Below are positions 25,411 to 38,956 of a DNA stretch of 64,000 nucleotides, piece after piece; the first letter of the stretch is position 1, and each line of letters opens with the position of its first letter. Under the pieces are notes generated by a model. That model was not told the DNA's origin and did not search any database. It saw nothing but the letters and a program-made list of their open reading frames with translations. Made by a program: the position numbers and the translations under genes. The stretch is taken from contig NC_057719.1 of assembly GCF_004010195.1 (NCBI RefSeq), positions 59,224,164 through 59,288,163 of the forward strand. Direction: 5' to 3'. This DNA is from Chiloscyllium plagiosum. Lineage: Eukaryota.

Positions 25411-27279
25411 TTCAGAAATTGAAAGGTCTAAAAACACCCTCTATTCACTCTCTCACCAACTTAGTTTGCACATTTTATAAACTAATATTTCCAATTCATC
25501 ACTGTGGACCTGATTTTTATTCACTGATTTAATGTTATAATAAATGCAATTTCTTTCCATCTCCCAGTTTGAGCAAAGACTCAAAGTCAGAGAGAATAGC
25601 GGAGGAAAATACTCACCAACACATCACATATATGCTTCCTGGAAATCACACATTGATCTTTCTCTCTGAAGATGATCAGTTAGTTTTGACTTGACAACCA
25701 ACACATCCCTAAACTATTTTATCCTTCCTTAGGTCTTGCTGTGCCTCAAACCTCTCTCAAGATTTGGACTGTTCTGTTTGTCCCCACACAGTTCTATTTG
25801 AAAGTTTATAGTCTCAGTCACTATCTAGTCAAATGCCTATTCTACTGTCTTATGAAATTAAGAAAAGATTAAATGAGGGCACATTGTATAAACAAAGAGA
25901 TGGAATAGAAAAGCTTATGTATGTTGTTAACTGCCTGGGTTCACTGCTAATTGCTCCTCTCTCCACAGATGTTGCCAGAACTGCTGAGTTTCTCCAGCAT
26001 TTGCTGTTTTTTATTTCACTACAAATTACTTTTACATTCAGAAGTTCATAATTATAACATTGTCAGGTTTCTGAAGGAGATTAACTAGGACAGAAGTTGG
26101 AGACAGTAAATTGAGAAAAGTATCAAATATAAAATCTAAAACTAAACCAAAAACTTTGTTAAAGCATAATTAAGATTTTAGGTGTTGATTGGCACTGTAA
26201 AATGTCAATGTGTTCTGTAACGAGTTAGGAATCTTCTGATTCTTCAAACAATATTTTCCCTTCAATCAAATTTTGGCTGAATGTATGGTTTTGATAGCCT
26301 CAACTTAAGTTTCTATCATACTTCACACAGAGAGTAATCGCAATGCACCACAGTACAATGTTCCCTTTTCTCCCAAATCATTTCTCTTGCTGTGGTATAA
26401 ATTATGAATAATATATTTTCCTGAGTTAACCCTGAGTGAGTCAAATTGGGATGACGCAAAAATCTGATTGTATTGAAGTCGCCGGTTATTCTTGCTGGCA
26501 AAGTGGAACATCCAATAAAATGATGTCTCGGATGAACAAGAAGTTCACACCAGTAACTCTAGATTAGCTGAGCTTGTCTACGCATGTTATATGCCTGTTA
26601 CCATGACCTACTCTGGAAACAGTGTTGATACATTGAGCCATGCTAAACCCCAGGTCACCACAAAAGTTAAAGATTTAGTCAGATTACTTAAAGTCCTCAA
26701 CGTACCTGCTTGATGGACTTGGTTTAACAGAGAACACTGAACAGGTTCCTATACTTAACAAGACGCTCATGACATGGCATCTTCCCCCAATCCTTGAACA
26801 AAACAGCAGAGTAAACATGACTTAAAATGAATTCCAGCAACCTATTTTTAAAATTGCAAACTTTTCCAAGGTCTTTGGTTTAAGACAGTTTACTTTTCCC
26901 ACTTTTGTTCACAATCCAAATAAAGAAAAATAAACAAAAGATGTGGCCTTTACACTGTTGACCAATTAGGTGCAGTTAAACTACAGAAGAGAAATAATCA
27001 CAGAGGTCTGAGCAGGCCACCTGTTGCCTTTGAAATCTCCATTTCTGACACTCACCACAATGGTAGGAAAATCAGGTTATACGGGATCTCAAAGCTTGAG
27101 TGGATTCCTCGAGATCCGCTCATCAAGACTTGATTGTAATATCATAAGAGGTGGTGCAGGGGATAAGGTCCATTGTGTTATCTATACTCTCTATTTTAAA
27201 TCTACTAATCTGAGACTTGCACTAGTAGAAGCTCCATTGACAATGGTCAGTCACTTAAGGTTGCAAATGGGTTATTAAA

Positions 27280-28330
27280 TGGCTAATTATGGAAATATGT
27301 CTCAGGGATGGGCAGGACTGGCAGCTGAATGTTCCAGGATACAAATGCTACAGGAAGGATAGAAAGGGAGGCAAGAGAGGAGGGGGAGTGGCATTTTTGA
27401 TAAGGGATAGCATTACAGCTGTGCTGAGGGAGGATATTCCCAGAAATACATCCAGGGAAGTTATTTGGGTGGAACTAAGAAATAAGAAAGGGATGATCAC
27501 CTTACTGGGATTGTATTATAGACCCCNNNNNNNNNNNNNNNNNNNNNNNNNNNNNNNNNNNNNNNNNNNNNNNNNNNNNNNNNNNNNNNNNNNNNNNNNN
27601 NNNNNNNNNNNNNNNNNNNNNNNNNNNNNNNNNNNNNNNNNNNNNNNNNNNNNNNNNNNNNNNNNNNNNNNNNNNNNNNNNNNNNTAGGGAATGCTGGAT
27701 GACTAAAGAAATTGAGGGTTTGGTTAAGAAAAAGAAGGAAGCATATGTCAGGTACAGTCAGGATAGATTGAGTGAATCCTTAGAAGAGAATAAAGAAAGT
27801 AGGAGTATACTTAAGAGGGAAATCAGGAGGGCAAAATGGGGACATGAGATAGCTTTGGCAAATAGAATTAAGGAGAATCCAAAGGTTTTTTACAATTATA
27901 TTAAGGACAAAAGGGTAGCTAGGGAGAGAATTGGGCCCCTCAAAGGTCAGCAAGGCGGCCTTTGTGTGGAGCCACAGAAAATGGGGGAGATACTAAATGA
28001 ATATCTTGCATCAGTATTACTGTGGAAAAGGATATGGAAGATATAGACTGTAGGGAAATAGATGGTGACATCTTGCAAAATGTCCAGATTACAGAGGAGG
28101 AAGTGCTGGATGTCTTGAAATGGTTAAAGGCGGATAAATCCCCAGGACCTGATCAGGTGTACCCGAGAACTGTGGGAAGCTAGAGAAGTGATTGCTGGGC
28201 CTCTTACTGAGATATTTGTATCATCGATAGTCACAGGTGAGTTGCCGGAAGACTGGAGGTTGGCAACAGTGGTGCCACTGTTTAAGAAGGGTGGTAAAGA
28301 CAAGCCAGGGAACTGTAGACTGGTGAGCTT
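27280..28330 (+). mobile_element. CR1 LINE ORF2 fragment (endonuclease to start of RT), spanning an N gap
   Basis: WQLNVPGYKCYRKDRKGGKRGGGVAFLIRD; IKENPKVFYNYIKDKR; DKSPGPDQVYPR; PEDWRLATVVPLFKKG. Confidence 0.92.
27527..27685. other. Assembly gap (N run)
   Basis: Run of n. Confidence 1.
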
Positions 28331-30779
28331 GGTACATCTTTATGACTCTAAGTAATCAAATATTGCTCAGATGTGCAGTAATGACATAGAATCTCTAAAT
28401 ATGATACTGAGACATCAAATGTTCTTTTTAATTTTGGCAGTTGAGTTATTTATTTAGCACTTTCCACTTCAGGCCAATGATAGAAATTATCAGAGGTGAT
28501 GTGGGAAGTTCTAGAACATCAAGGCACAAAGACTAGCTAATGCTCAGCTCAATGTGGCACAATTTGACTCCACAGTAATTTATTATTTACCAAACATGAA
28601 GCATTTCTCAAACATAATATTAGCCAATTCTGGCATTCACAATGAAAGGTAACATATCTCCATGCTTTCCAATTTATGCAGTAATTTTCCACAAAAATAT
28701 AATTCACCCATTTTGATTAAAATTGGGACATAGTGGGACACTATTTTAAAAACCTGATGAAAGAAACAGGACTTACAACATTAACTCTATAGAGATAATG
28801 TTTAATTGAAGTAATCCAGAACTGACTTTGTCAAAGCATTCTAGAAACCACACAAAGGCAGATTCCCACAAAAAAGGACCACATTAGATTCATACTTTCA
28901 CAGGGACTCATCTTTGCTGTGGTTTCAGGAACAAAAACTAAATATATTTGGAAAATAAATTAGCAGTCACATACATGATATTACATTATTTCAGATTTCA
29001 AAATCATATATTTAGCTTCATCTTCTAAATATTTATTTAGAAATATTGTAATCTGATATAGTGATCTGACAAGGTTACATATTTAAACACAATGAGAGCA
29101 GAGAAAACTATTGTGTTTATGAGGATGACTCAAGAAATCAAATGGAAGAAATATTAGAATAAAAGTAGACAAGGAGTAGCGGGTAAAACTCAGCAGCCTT
29201 TGGAAGTTGTTTGGTCCCTGAAGATATAATATTAAAAGATTAAGTTTTACTATCTCTCAGGACATTAATGTAATGTTAAAGGGTTAAACTATACGGTCTT
29301 TCTCCAAGAAGCTAAACATTCTGGAATTGGGTGGGGGTGACATTCTATCTCTCAGTGGATGACTGTCCACTGTAATCCACACTTCATTTACTACTACTCT
29401 ACTGCTATTATTATATTAAACTCTCATTCAGTCCCTTCCATTCAGAAATGCTTTCATAGCCATTCCCCAGCCAATCAAATTCATTTGTGTGATCATTCCC
29501 GATAGTGAAGTACATCATACCTACATTGTCTGGAAAGTAGCAAAGCCAGAACTCATTTGCAGGGCCACCCCAAAGCTAGGACATATCATACCTACATTGT
29601 CTTGGAGAATCACAGACTCAGAAAATAATTTGCATAACAATTCCCCAGGATTGGGGCATTTACATTTACATTATCTCCGAGAATGACCTCATCCTACCAT
29701 TGTACCTGGGGTAACATATGGTTATGGGGGGAGTGACCAGAGTACATGTAAGCATTACCATCTGACCCGTATAAAGGGAATGTATTTTCTTTTATTGGGG
29801 CTCTTTTGACTCGACTTCCCACACCTGTGAAGAGTGTCAAAGGGGTTCAACGAGCTTGTACAGGCTTCAATAGACTTTAACTGTTTGCAGAAGTTGGTGT
29901 GCGCGAATTGCATCTCGTGTGTGAAACCTTGGGTAAAGAACCTAACAAAGGTACTAACATTGAGATATACCTGCATTTTAAGAACAAAACTAAAATCTTG
30001 ATAAGCAAAATGTAAAGCAAACGATCTAATCACATCGCACTGAAATCTGGAGCAAATTCCTTTTTGTGCTCAGAGTAATTATTCTGTCAGATACCAAATG
30101 TCAGATCTGTAAACATTTTCAGACGGGCAACTTGGTAAGATGCAGTATGATGTTGCAATGAGGATCCCTCTAGTGGCATAAAACTGATACTGCATTATCT
30201 TTCATTAACTGTGATAAGTAACTCTTCTCCTGTGGTGGTGGTGGTAACATCAGATTGCAGGATAAGATCTGTTATGACAGAATGATTGTGCACTTAGTAG
30301 AAATTCATTATCAGGATCTTAATAAGTAGTGCCTGAATAAATTAGATGATACTTTCATTACATAATATATCCTCATGCATTTCACCAACAAATTTGTTTT
30401 TTTAATCTTAAAGTCAGCAAATGGAAGAAGCCCATGTTGCACTTAAAATGAAACGATCTAAAAACTGCAAATTGACATTAATAAGGGCATCAAACAGTGT
30501 AAGTAAGTAGGTACAGGAGGATTGTGTGCAGCAGATGGAACATTTGGATTGAGAGTGGCAACCACAAAGGCAGCCTATGCATGTTCTAGTTGTAGAGGTT
30601 AAGTACTTAAGGAAGGACTCAGGAGCTGTCAATGCCATGCCTGCTCACAATCGGCTCATTGGAATGACACTCATTCATTCTCTCTATAAGCAGGAGAAAG
30701 CAATTCATTACAGGAGGAAGTGGTATATGACTGGAGAGCCACCTGATATGAGAATCCTCATTTTCTTTTACGAGGAGAT

Positions 30780-31900
30780 GGCCTTATTTGCCTTTACAGA
30801 AGGCAGTCTGCCATCCTTATCTGGTCTGGCCTGTATGTGACTCCAAGCTCATAGCAATGTGATTGTCACTTCACTGTCTAATAGTGTAACAAGCACTCTG
30901 TTGTAGCCAAACCACTACCAAGTCTGAAGAAGGAATAAAACGCAATGACAAACTGTTATTGACTAGACTTCAAAAACAATAGCACACTCGGCCGTGCTGA
31001 CCCTATGCAGTTACTAACATTCAGGGGGCTTCTGCCAAAATTGGAATAGCTGTCTCACAGACAGGTTAAACAATAGGCTGGCATTATCACTCCCACCAAA
31101 CCGTAACTTACAGACCATGCCCCGTTTTGATCTTTCACCATCCCTGGGGTATGTCCTGTCCCACCAGTAGGATGCTCAAAAATGTACACTGGGTGGCCAT
31201 TGCCAAGTGTGGGTCAGTAGCATGATTACTGACTGAACTGAGTCTGCTGAGTCCTAATGGACAGAGCTGCTGGACTGGATCTGTGACTGGTGCTGAGGGA
31301 CACAAACAAGAGAAAAAGATGCATTTTCCCTTCTTCTCACTGACTGACCTGTCACAGATGTTCATTGATAATTACACAATGTTTAGCAACATTCAGCTGC
31401 TCAGATACTGAAACTGTCTGTATCCAAATGCAGCAAGACCTGGCTGGAAATCTCAACCCATTGGATTTCAATGGTCTTACCATAATTGAGTTACCTGGGC
31501 GTTACCATGACCAGATATTGAACTAGCCTAGCCATATAAATACTGTTACTGTAACAGCATTCCGGGAATAGGAATTCTGCAGCAAGTAACTCATCTCCTG
31601 ACTTGTCAGTGCCTGACACGATCTACAAGACAAAAGTCAACAACATAATGGGATAGAGGCCACTTAGCTGGATGAATGCAGCTCCAACAATGCACAGAAA
31701 GCTTGACATTGTCCAGGACAAAGTGTCCCACTTGACTGTCACTACATCCACCACCATCAACACTTAGGCAAGGAAGCAGCCTTGAGTACCATCCACAAGA
31801 TGCACCAGAATAACACACCAAGGTTCCTTCAACAGAACTCTACCAGCCAGAACAGGAAGGCAGAAGATGCATGGGAACATGTCCCACTGCAAGCCACAAA
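30780..31900 (+). mobile_element. Decayed CR1/L2-group LINE fragments
   Basis: ACTAACATTCAGGGGGCTTCTGCCAAAATTGG matches the 5' part of 49200-51560; AAGCTTGACATTGTCCAGGACAAAG matches its 3' part. Confidence 0.7.
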
Positions 31901-32940
31901 ACAAAGGGATGAGATCCTTGACGTACAACTTAGGGAGCTAGATAAGAGTCTGGAAAACAGGCCCACAAAGACATGAATTTTAGTATTTTTCCAGTTCCAA
32001 TATTAGTCAGTATTGAAATAGGAAATTTGAGCAAATGAAAACATGGCTGGAAAATTAGCGTAGGAGGAAGAACAGATAATAGAAACTGTTTGGGTGAAGC
32101 TGCAAAACTGCAAGGGTAGAAAACATTGATAGGGGTGGTTTATAGGCCAACAAACATTTGTGGTAGTGTAGGTCTTGGTAGAAGTCAGGAAATGAGAGGT
32201 TTGTGTAACCAGGGGAATGGATGCTTCAATCTACATAGGTTGGATAAGTTTAATGTGCACCGATGCTTTGAGAGAAGAATTTCCAAACTGTTTTGAGTCT
32301 TCTGGAGCAAAACATTCAGAAACTAACAAAAATACAGGTTATTTCAGATCATCAACAAGAAAGCCTAATTACTATACTGGTTGTAAATGAACCTTTAGGA
32401 AATAGTGATGATGGGATAACAGTTTTCAAACTTAATGTAAAATTCTATGCAGTTTAATCTGAGACTAGGGTTTTAAATGAGAAAGAACAATTATGAAAGT
32501 TTTAAGAAATTGCCTTTTGTAAATTGGAAAATACATTAAAAGACTTATTGGAACATGGGCAAAGACATGTATTTAAATAATTAATTCTTAACATTTAAAA
32601 AACATACATTCCTTGAAGGCAAAAATACCCAGCACAAAAAGTAAGAGAGCTTTAGCTAACAACAGAAGTTAAAGATAGTACTAGATCAAAGGAGGAGGCT
32701 AATAAAGTTTCCAAAAGTGTTATAAGTCTAAGCATTGACAGAATTTCAGAATGCAAAAGAGAACGAAGAAATTGAGAAAGAAGAGGAGAAATAAATATAA
32801 ATGTAAAATAGCAAGAAAAATAAAAATGCATTATAAAAGCTTACATAGCTATGCATGAAGGAAAAGACTGGAAAAGACATTTGTGAATCTATTACAGGTA
32901 AAGACAGAAGACTTTATAATAGGAAATGAGGAAATGGCAG
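31900..32940 (+). mobile_element. Highly decayed CR1 LINE (ORF1 end/ORF2 endonuclease); a CR1 3' segment reappears at ~34865-35205
   Basis: WVKLQNCKGRKTLIGVVYRPT-like and KTEDFIIGNEEMA remnants; KILKGIDRVDG on the far side of the Penelope pair. Confidence 0.62.
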
Positions 32941-32954
32941 TGAAGCTGGGCTTG

Positions 32955-33885
32955 CATTCTGTTGGGGTCGAGAGTGTGCCCCTGGAAAAGCACAGCAGGT
33001 CAGGCAGCATCCGAGAAGCAGGAAAATCGACATTTCGCCCCCTGGAAAAGCACAACAGGTCAGGCAGCATCCGAGAAGCAGGAAAAAAATCGACATTTCG
33101 CCATTCATCAGGAATGAGGCTGGGAGCCTCGGGAGTGGGAGAGAAAAATGGGAGGGGAGTGGGGCTGGGGAGAAGGTAGTTGAGAGTGCAGTAGGTAGAT
33201 GGAGTGGGGGTAAAGGTGATAGGTCAGAGAGGAGGGTGGAGTGGATAGGTGGGAAGAAAGATTGGCAGGTAGGACAGGTCATGAGGATGGTGCTGAGCTG
33301 GAAGATTGGAACTGCGGTAAGGTAGGGGGAGGGGAAACGAGGAAACTGGTGAAGTCCACATTGATGCCCTGGGGTTGAAGTGTTCCGAGGTGGAAGATGA
33401 GGTGTTCTTCCTCCAGGTGTCAGGTGGTGAGGGAGCGGCAGTGGAGGAGGCCCACTGCATGTCCTCGGCAGAGTGGGAGGGGGAGTTGAAATGTTCATCC
33501 ATAGGGTGATGTGGTTGATTGGTGCAGGTGTCCCGGAGATGTTCCCTAAAGCGCTCTGCGAGAAGGCGTCCGGTCTCCCTAATGTAGAGGAGACCGCTTT
33601 GGGAGCAACGGATACAATAAATGACACGGGTAGATGTGCAGGTGAAACTTTGATGGATGTAGAAGGCTCCTTTGGTGCCTTGGATGGAGGTGAGGGAGGT
33701 GGTGTGGGCACAGGTTTTACAGTTCCTGCGGTGGCAGGGGAGGGTGCCACAATGGGAGGGTGGGTTGTTGTGAGGCATGGATCTGACCAGGTAGTTGCAG
33801 AGAGGAACGGTCTTTGCGGAAAGTGAATAGGGGTGGGGAGGGAAATATATCCCTGGTGGTGGGATCGTTTGTAGGTGGCGTAAAT
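32955..33885 (-). mobile_element. Penelope-like element 3' part (GIY-YIG endonuclease plus terminal repeat), left arm
   Basis: CHRRNCKTCAHTTSLTSIQGTKGAFYIHQSFTCTSTRVIYCIRCSQSGLLYIRETGRLLAERFREH...HFNSPSH. Confidence 0.92.
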
Positions 33886-33889
33886 GTCA

Positions 33890-34850
33890 GCGGCTGAACC
33901 CCACCAGAACTCCCCTGGTCCTCACATTCCACCCCACCAACCTCCGCATAAACCTTATCATCCGCCGGCCTTTCTGCCACCTAAAACAGGCCCCACCACC
34001 AGAGATATATTTCCCTCCCCACCCCTTTCCACTTTCCCCAAAGATCGTTCCCTCCATGACTACCTGGTCAAGTCCACGCGTCCCCCACAACCCACCCTCC
34101 CGTCCCGGCACCTTCCCCTGCCACAGCAGGAATTGCAAAACTTGCACCCACACCTCCTCCCTCACCTCCATCCAAGGCCCCAAAGGAGTCCTCCACATCC
34201 ATCAAAATCTCACCTGCACTTCCACCCATGTCATTTATTTGTATCCGTTCTCCCGATGAGGTCTCCTCTACACTGGGGAGGCTGGATACCTCCTCACACA
34301 ACGCTTTAAGGAACATCTCCGGGACACCCGCACCAATCAACTCCACATTTCAACTCCCCCTCCCACGCTGCTTAGGACATGCAGGTCCTAGGCCTCCTCC
34401 ATCGCCACTCCCTTATCACCCAACGCCTGGAGGAAGAATGCCTTATCTTCTGCCTCGGGACCCTTCAACCCCAGGGAATCAATGTGGACTTCACCAGTTT
34501 CCTCATTTCCCGTCCCCCCGCTTTACCCCAGCTCCAACCTTCCAGCTCAGCACCGACCCCATAACCTGTCCCATCTATAAACTTCCTTCCCTCTTATTCG
34601 CTCCACCCTCCTCTCTGACCTATCACCTTTATCCCCACCTCCATCCACCTATTGTACTCTCAGCTACCTTCGCCCCAGCCCCATCCCCTCCCATTTATGT
34701 CTCCCACTCCCGAGGTGCTCAGCCTCTATTTCTGATGAAGGGCTCTGGCCCAAAACATTGATTTTCCTGCTTCTCAGATGCTGCCTGACCTGCTGTGGCT
34801 TTTCCAGCGACACACCAGCGACTCTGATCTCCAGCATCTGCAGACCTCTC
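33890..34850 (+). mobile_element. Penelope-like element 3' part, right arm (inverted relative to left arm)
   Basis: GTFPCHSRNCKTCTHTSSLTSIQGPKGVLHIHQNLTCTSTHVIY and RLEEECLIFCLGTLQPQGINVDF; ends CTCCAGCATCTGCAG. Confidence 0.92.
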
Positions 34851-36902
34851 TTTCTTCTCCTTGTATTCTATTGGGTTTAAAAGAAGGAAACATAATCTCA
34901 TTGAATTTTACAAAGATTCTTAAAGGCATAGACAGAGTAGATGGAGCAAGAACATTTTTGCTGTCTGTGGTGTCTAGAACCAGGGGATAGAATGTCAGCT
35001 GTTTAAGACTGAGATGAGGAGGAACTTCTTCACGCAGAACGTGATGAATCTCTTGAATTCGCTGCTCCAGAGGGTTGTAGAAGTTTAATCATTAAGTACA
35101 AAACAGAGGTTGATAGATTTCTACTGACATCAGGGGATTGAGGAGTATTGTGGGAATATGGCATTGAGTAAATGATCAGCCATGATCTATAATGGTGGAA
35201 CAGGCTCCAATATTCCCATAACAACAGAGAGATGTTGCAGTAATTCACTCAGCCTTGAATCTAGTAGTGATCACGTAGGTGCGTGCGCAAATCTGCCAAT
35301 CACATCACTGCACTGCCATTACAATCACACCACCCATCCCTCTCCTCAGCAGCAGCATTACCTTCACCTTCCTCCTTTGACTCCTCTATCAACCTCCATT
35401 CTGTTATTTCTCCCCTGGCCCTTTGAAAGTGAGATAGTGCAGGGCATAGCAGACTGCAATAAATCTGAACAAGTATTGAAGCATTCTACTGGAGTGGTTT
35501 CAGCTGTGAACCTCATCTACCATCGTCCGATAGTCTGGTCTAATGGTCCCACATTGGTGTCTTCTGCCGTTATCCCTAGCCACCAATGAACCATCTCTAC
35601 ACGCACTGAAGTGGAACAAAAGCTTGTGGTATTTATGAGTGTGTGAAGTAGTAGGCATCATGAGATCAACAGAAGTGAAAGTGGGAGTTGGAGATGGGGT
35701 GATGTGGGGAGAGTGATGGTGGAGGACTACAGAATAGAAAGTGTGAAGCAATAACTGAAACGTAAGTGTGTCAGCACATAGGAGAGAGAGTACTTCAGAA
35801 ACCACACATGACAAAGGAGGAAGGTTGGGAGGTGCAAAAAAAAAAAAGCTGAAATAAAGAACAGATAGTAAAGCCATGCCCCACAATTGGACAATTGTGT
35901 GTTTATGGTTCATTCTCTCAAAACTGGTTGTCTAACAATCAGTGTTGACTGAAACCAGATATTTTTAAAATCTGCTATGCATTCTTAAAAATGTATTACT
36001 TAATCAAATTTAATCTACCCAGACAATTCATCTTAGCACTGCATGGTGCTAAGTTTGTTCTCTGTTTTGTTATTTGCACACTGGACATTGTTATGCCCCA
36101 ATTGCCTGGACACCACATAATTGGCCCAAACAATCCATTGCCCAAAGTGGACGATTTGAAATCCAGCAAAATCCAAAATCCAGCATGGCGTCAGTTCTGA
36201 ACTTGGCAGCTTTGAGAGAGTCGACATTTGGTGATATATCAAAAAGAAAGTATGGGTTGAACAGGGAAAGCAAAGGCAGCTGTAACAAACAGGAAAATCC
36301 TGCAGAGTGCTACAGTTCTTTATTAGTTAGTTCTACAAATATGACAGTTTTGCAATTCCTCCCTCCATTGGACATTAACACTTTCTCGCAAACATTATGC
36401 TTTGATTTAATGAAAATCACGGGTTAAGTTCAATGCAGTCTGAAGCAATTGCACCAATGACTTAATGCTAAAGATCCATTGTGAATTCACATCGAAAACA
36501 GACAAACAAGAATCCCAGAGATATCAGAAATGTTATGCTGACAGAACATAGATTACAAATCTGTCACAATTAACTTATGTGATAAAACATAACTGATCAG
36601 TTGTTGTAATATACAGATGTCACATCTTTCTATTTGCTTATAAACTCAAACGCAACACAAACAAAGAGGTACAAATCATAGCAAAAAAAAAATCAACTAC
36701 TACTTAAAATGCATAATAAAATGTATGCATGTCAACACAGAAAGAAGAACAAACCAGACTGCACAGAATGAACAATAAAACAGATTGAACAAAAACACCC
36801 TGCACAAAACTCCACAGACACTGTACTGATAAAATTATCACAGATGTCAAATGCATCCATGGAAACCTCAAAAGTACAGCTCTTAAAAGAGGGCAGCATG
36901 AC

Positions 36903-38956
36903 TGTTTGGATTGAAATGAAATTGTACAAATGTTTGTCATAGTCTGATGCCATGTCACCTTGAAGCATACATATTGTAGGCAGATAACTTAATATCCATT
37001 CAATAAGTCCTCATGATGAGCTCACTGCTGAGATGAAAACGTGAAACATGGTTTCAGAAGAGACATTGAGATGACTGACCACTGTTGAAATAAAATGCAC
37101 AGCTTTTGAGCTATGAGCTGCCAGTAAAGTAGAAAAAGTGAAGATTACAGTGAAAACACTGCTCAAGAGAAAATGGCTGCAGTGTTTCCCCTACTTGATC
37201 CTGTTCACATAACTCAGGATATGAGGCAAAACTAGGAATTCTTTCATGAACAATGGCAGAATTATGCAATATTTATGGATTTGTTGAACAAACTAGAACA
37301 TGTATAAGTCACTACACTTAAAATCACTGTTGGGAAGAGACTTTCAAAATACGTTCCACCCAAAATATCTCTGGATCAGCAGAAAAAAATAAATAGTAGA
37401 AATGTTAAAAAGCTTTGAAGGCATTCTTTCAGCCTCAATTTAACATTATCTTTGAACATCACATAATAAGTACAGAGCAGAGTGTGAAATAAGTCCACTT
37501 ATCATTACATAATGACATTAATTGTACTTGCAAAAACTTACAAATGCATGGAATTAAAGAATGACTAATTTTTATTAAGTGTGACAATCCTTCCATGATA
37601 GTGTGACTGAAGAGAACTTGAATTTTGAATAATCTATTAACATACAGAGAAACTCTGATCTTCTAAGTCAACAGCACAGTACATACATGGGAGTACAGGT
37701 GGGGTTGTTCACTATGTTGATAAACCATTCAGATCTTTTCACTATGTTGAGAAACTGCTTGAAACTTACAATCACAGCAATATGGAGAAAAGGAACCAGT
37801 ACCCACAGAAAAGCCAACAGAAAGATGAAGGCTAAAGGACAACTTGCAAAATTTGCAGATGTCATCAGATAAAACTGAAGAAAGCTGTCCAGCATGAGGA
37901 CAACATTGCTTTAACTGCAAGAAGCTAAACCATTTCACATGGAGCTAGGAAGCAGACAAACAAGTCTATAAAGGTGATTACTAGAAAGATTTCAGACAAC
38001 ATTTGAGATGAATCATCCATGGCAGCAGAAGATTCCAATCATTCAATGTAACCTTAAGAAAGGTTAGGAAAGAAGTAAAATGGTTTATAACTGTTTCGAT
38101 GAAGACAGTGGAACAAGAGCATCAAATGAGGATGAAGTGCCAGACAGATATCAATGCTTCCTACCACATTGTGAGCTTGATAGAACTGTGTAAAGTTACA
38201 CCAGGGAAGGATCCAAAAATGAAATGCTTGAAGGTAAACTTGAAGCTCTGGGATAGAATGATGCTCTCACCAAGATGAAAACTTAGTTTGAGAACACAAA
38301 GCTATAATTGATCTAAAAATCTGGAATTCCAGATATTAGACGCAAAGCTAAAGTCACTCATCTCAGCAGAAGCACGTTGAGAGCTCAGACAAAGACCTAA
38401 AAAGTTACAATATTTACAGGCCATATGAAAGAGAGAGAGAGGATCTGACTGCAGCAAGACTCAGGAATCCTGATGTGGAAGTGACAGATTGAACAGATTA
38501 CATTGGCAGACACAGCAGATGCAATTAAAGTAAAGAGTAGATAAGGAAACAGCATAGGTCAGCAGAGTCAGCTGAGAAGATTTGAAACTGAACCAGAAGC
38601 CGCATCATTCCAACCAGAAAGCCAACAGCCGTCATATGCCATCACATGACTCAAACAATTTGAAGGCTGTGTGTGTCAAGTGTGTAAATACATGGGCAAT
38701 GGTGGGTCTAGCCAGATTAATTGTTTCTTACTCATGAGAACACGTGCATATATTCAAAAACTTGCACAACTCAAAGTGTACACTGTAATGCATGTCTAAT
38801 TTTTGTATAAGGGGGGTGTTTGGACTGAAGTGAACACATACACAAATTCTGACCTAGTCTGCTGCTATCATGCAACCACAAGCATGAGGCAGACATCTTG
38901 ATATCTCTTCAACCAAGTCCTCATTTTGAACACTGCGGTATTATACACTTGGAACA
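36903..38956 (+). mobile_element. Internally deleted Gypsy (Mag-like) LTR element with both LTRs, PBS, PPT and 5-bp TSD
   Basis: LTRs 36903-37048 and 38817-38956 (TGTTTGGA...AACA); TSD ATGAC at 36898-36902 and 38957-38961; PBS-like TGGTTTCAGAAG at 37049; PPT AAGGGGGG at 38809-38816. Gag remnants FFHEQWQNY, ALKAFFQPQFNIIFE, CKICRCH...CPA*GQHCFNCKKLNHF. Confidence 0.85.

Noticed and set aside
24273..26560. Minus-strand ORFs with GT-like ends at ~24277 and ~26320 (similar cases at ~39360-39595 and ~57970-58080)
   Set aside because: Poor acceptors or in-frame stops, no recognisable protein, and they do not chain into a gene.
29759..29970. Minus-strand exon-like ORF (RFFTQGFTHEMQFAHTNFCKQLK...)
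   Set aside because: Weak donor (GTAATG), no recognisable homology, and no consistent partner exons.
32914..34761. Pro-rich 177-278 aa ORFs as host proteins
   Set aside because: Alternative frames of C-rich Penelope sequence; the real GIY-YIG frames are interrupted.
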